From: a bacterium
GTDB taxonomy: Bacteria; UBA8248
Length of the DNA: 64,000 nucleotides
Assembly: GCA_965213685.1 (NCBI GenBank)
Contig: CBDBZY010000041.1
Location: 32,001-96,000 of the forward strand
Direction: 5' to 3'
The position numbers and the translations under genes are program-made. Shown one piece after another: positions 63,883 to 64,000 of this stretch. The notes below the pieces were generated by a model. It worked only from the letters and a program-made list of their open reading frames with translations, was not told the origin of the DNA and searched no databases. Every line of letters starts with the position of its first letter. The first letter of the stretch is position 1.

Positions 63883-64000
63883 TTAGACCATAGCCACCTC
63901 AAATCCTGCAATGTGATTGCATGGTCAGCAGCAGGGCTCTGAAAACTCATAGATCCCTACAGAATCTACATGCATGAATTGGCTATATAGTGCCCTACAA
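63883..64000. mobile_element. Third copy of the hairpin element body, cut by the window end
   Basis: TTAGACCATAGCCACCTCAAATCCTGCAATG..., as at 55469. Confidence 0.8.

Overview
Eukaryotic, intron-rich animal DNA. It is most likely a demosponge, inferred from the (TACATG)n-filled short introns and the gene families present. Host genes: (i) a 5'-incomplete, low-complexity Arg/Ser/Glu/Pro/Tyr-rich gene on + (~812-15840); (ii) a ~7-Ig-domain cell-surface protein with a Dscam/contactin-like N-terminus on - (20117-29074); (iii) a dispersed cluster of intronless GNAT / glycine-N-acyltransferase-like genes (3 intact, 1 frameshifted, 2 fragments); (iv) a CAP/SCP pseudogene and an orphan NDUFS1 fragment. 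Much of the rest is nested mobile DNA. The main candidate for an undescribed system is an apparently intact 7.3-kb CACTA/EnSpm-type transposon (3321-10629, TC target-site duplication). It carries an 11-exon transposase head-to-head with a 7-exon BEN-domain gene, arrays of an ACAACCTTGT subterminal motif, and a 160-nt foldback that pairs the BEN gene's last codons with its own 3' flank. Also notable are a non-autonomous hairpin element present in two 'flip/flop' isomers, an ISL2EU transposon with a SWIM-YqaJ-PHD partner gene, a gypsy element with its own LTR tip inverted at an internal deletion, and a recurrent TA/CATG micro-insertion signature. Exon models were read by eye from GT-AG junctions and frame continuity. 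No database searches were run.
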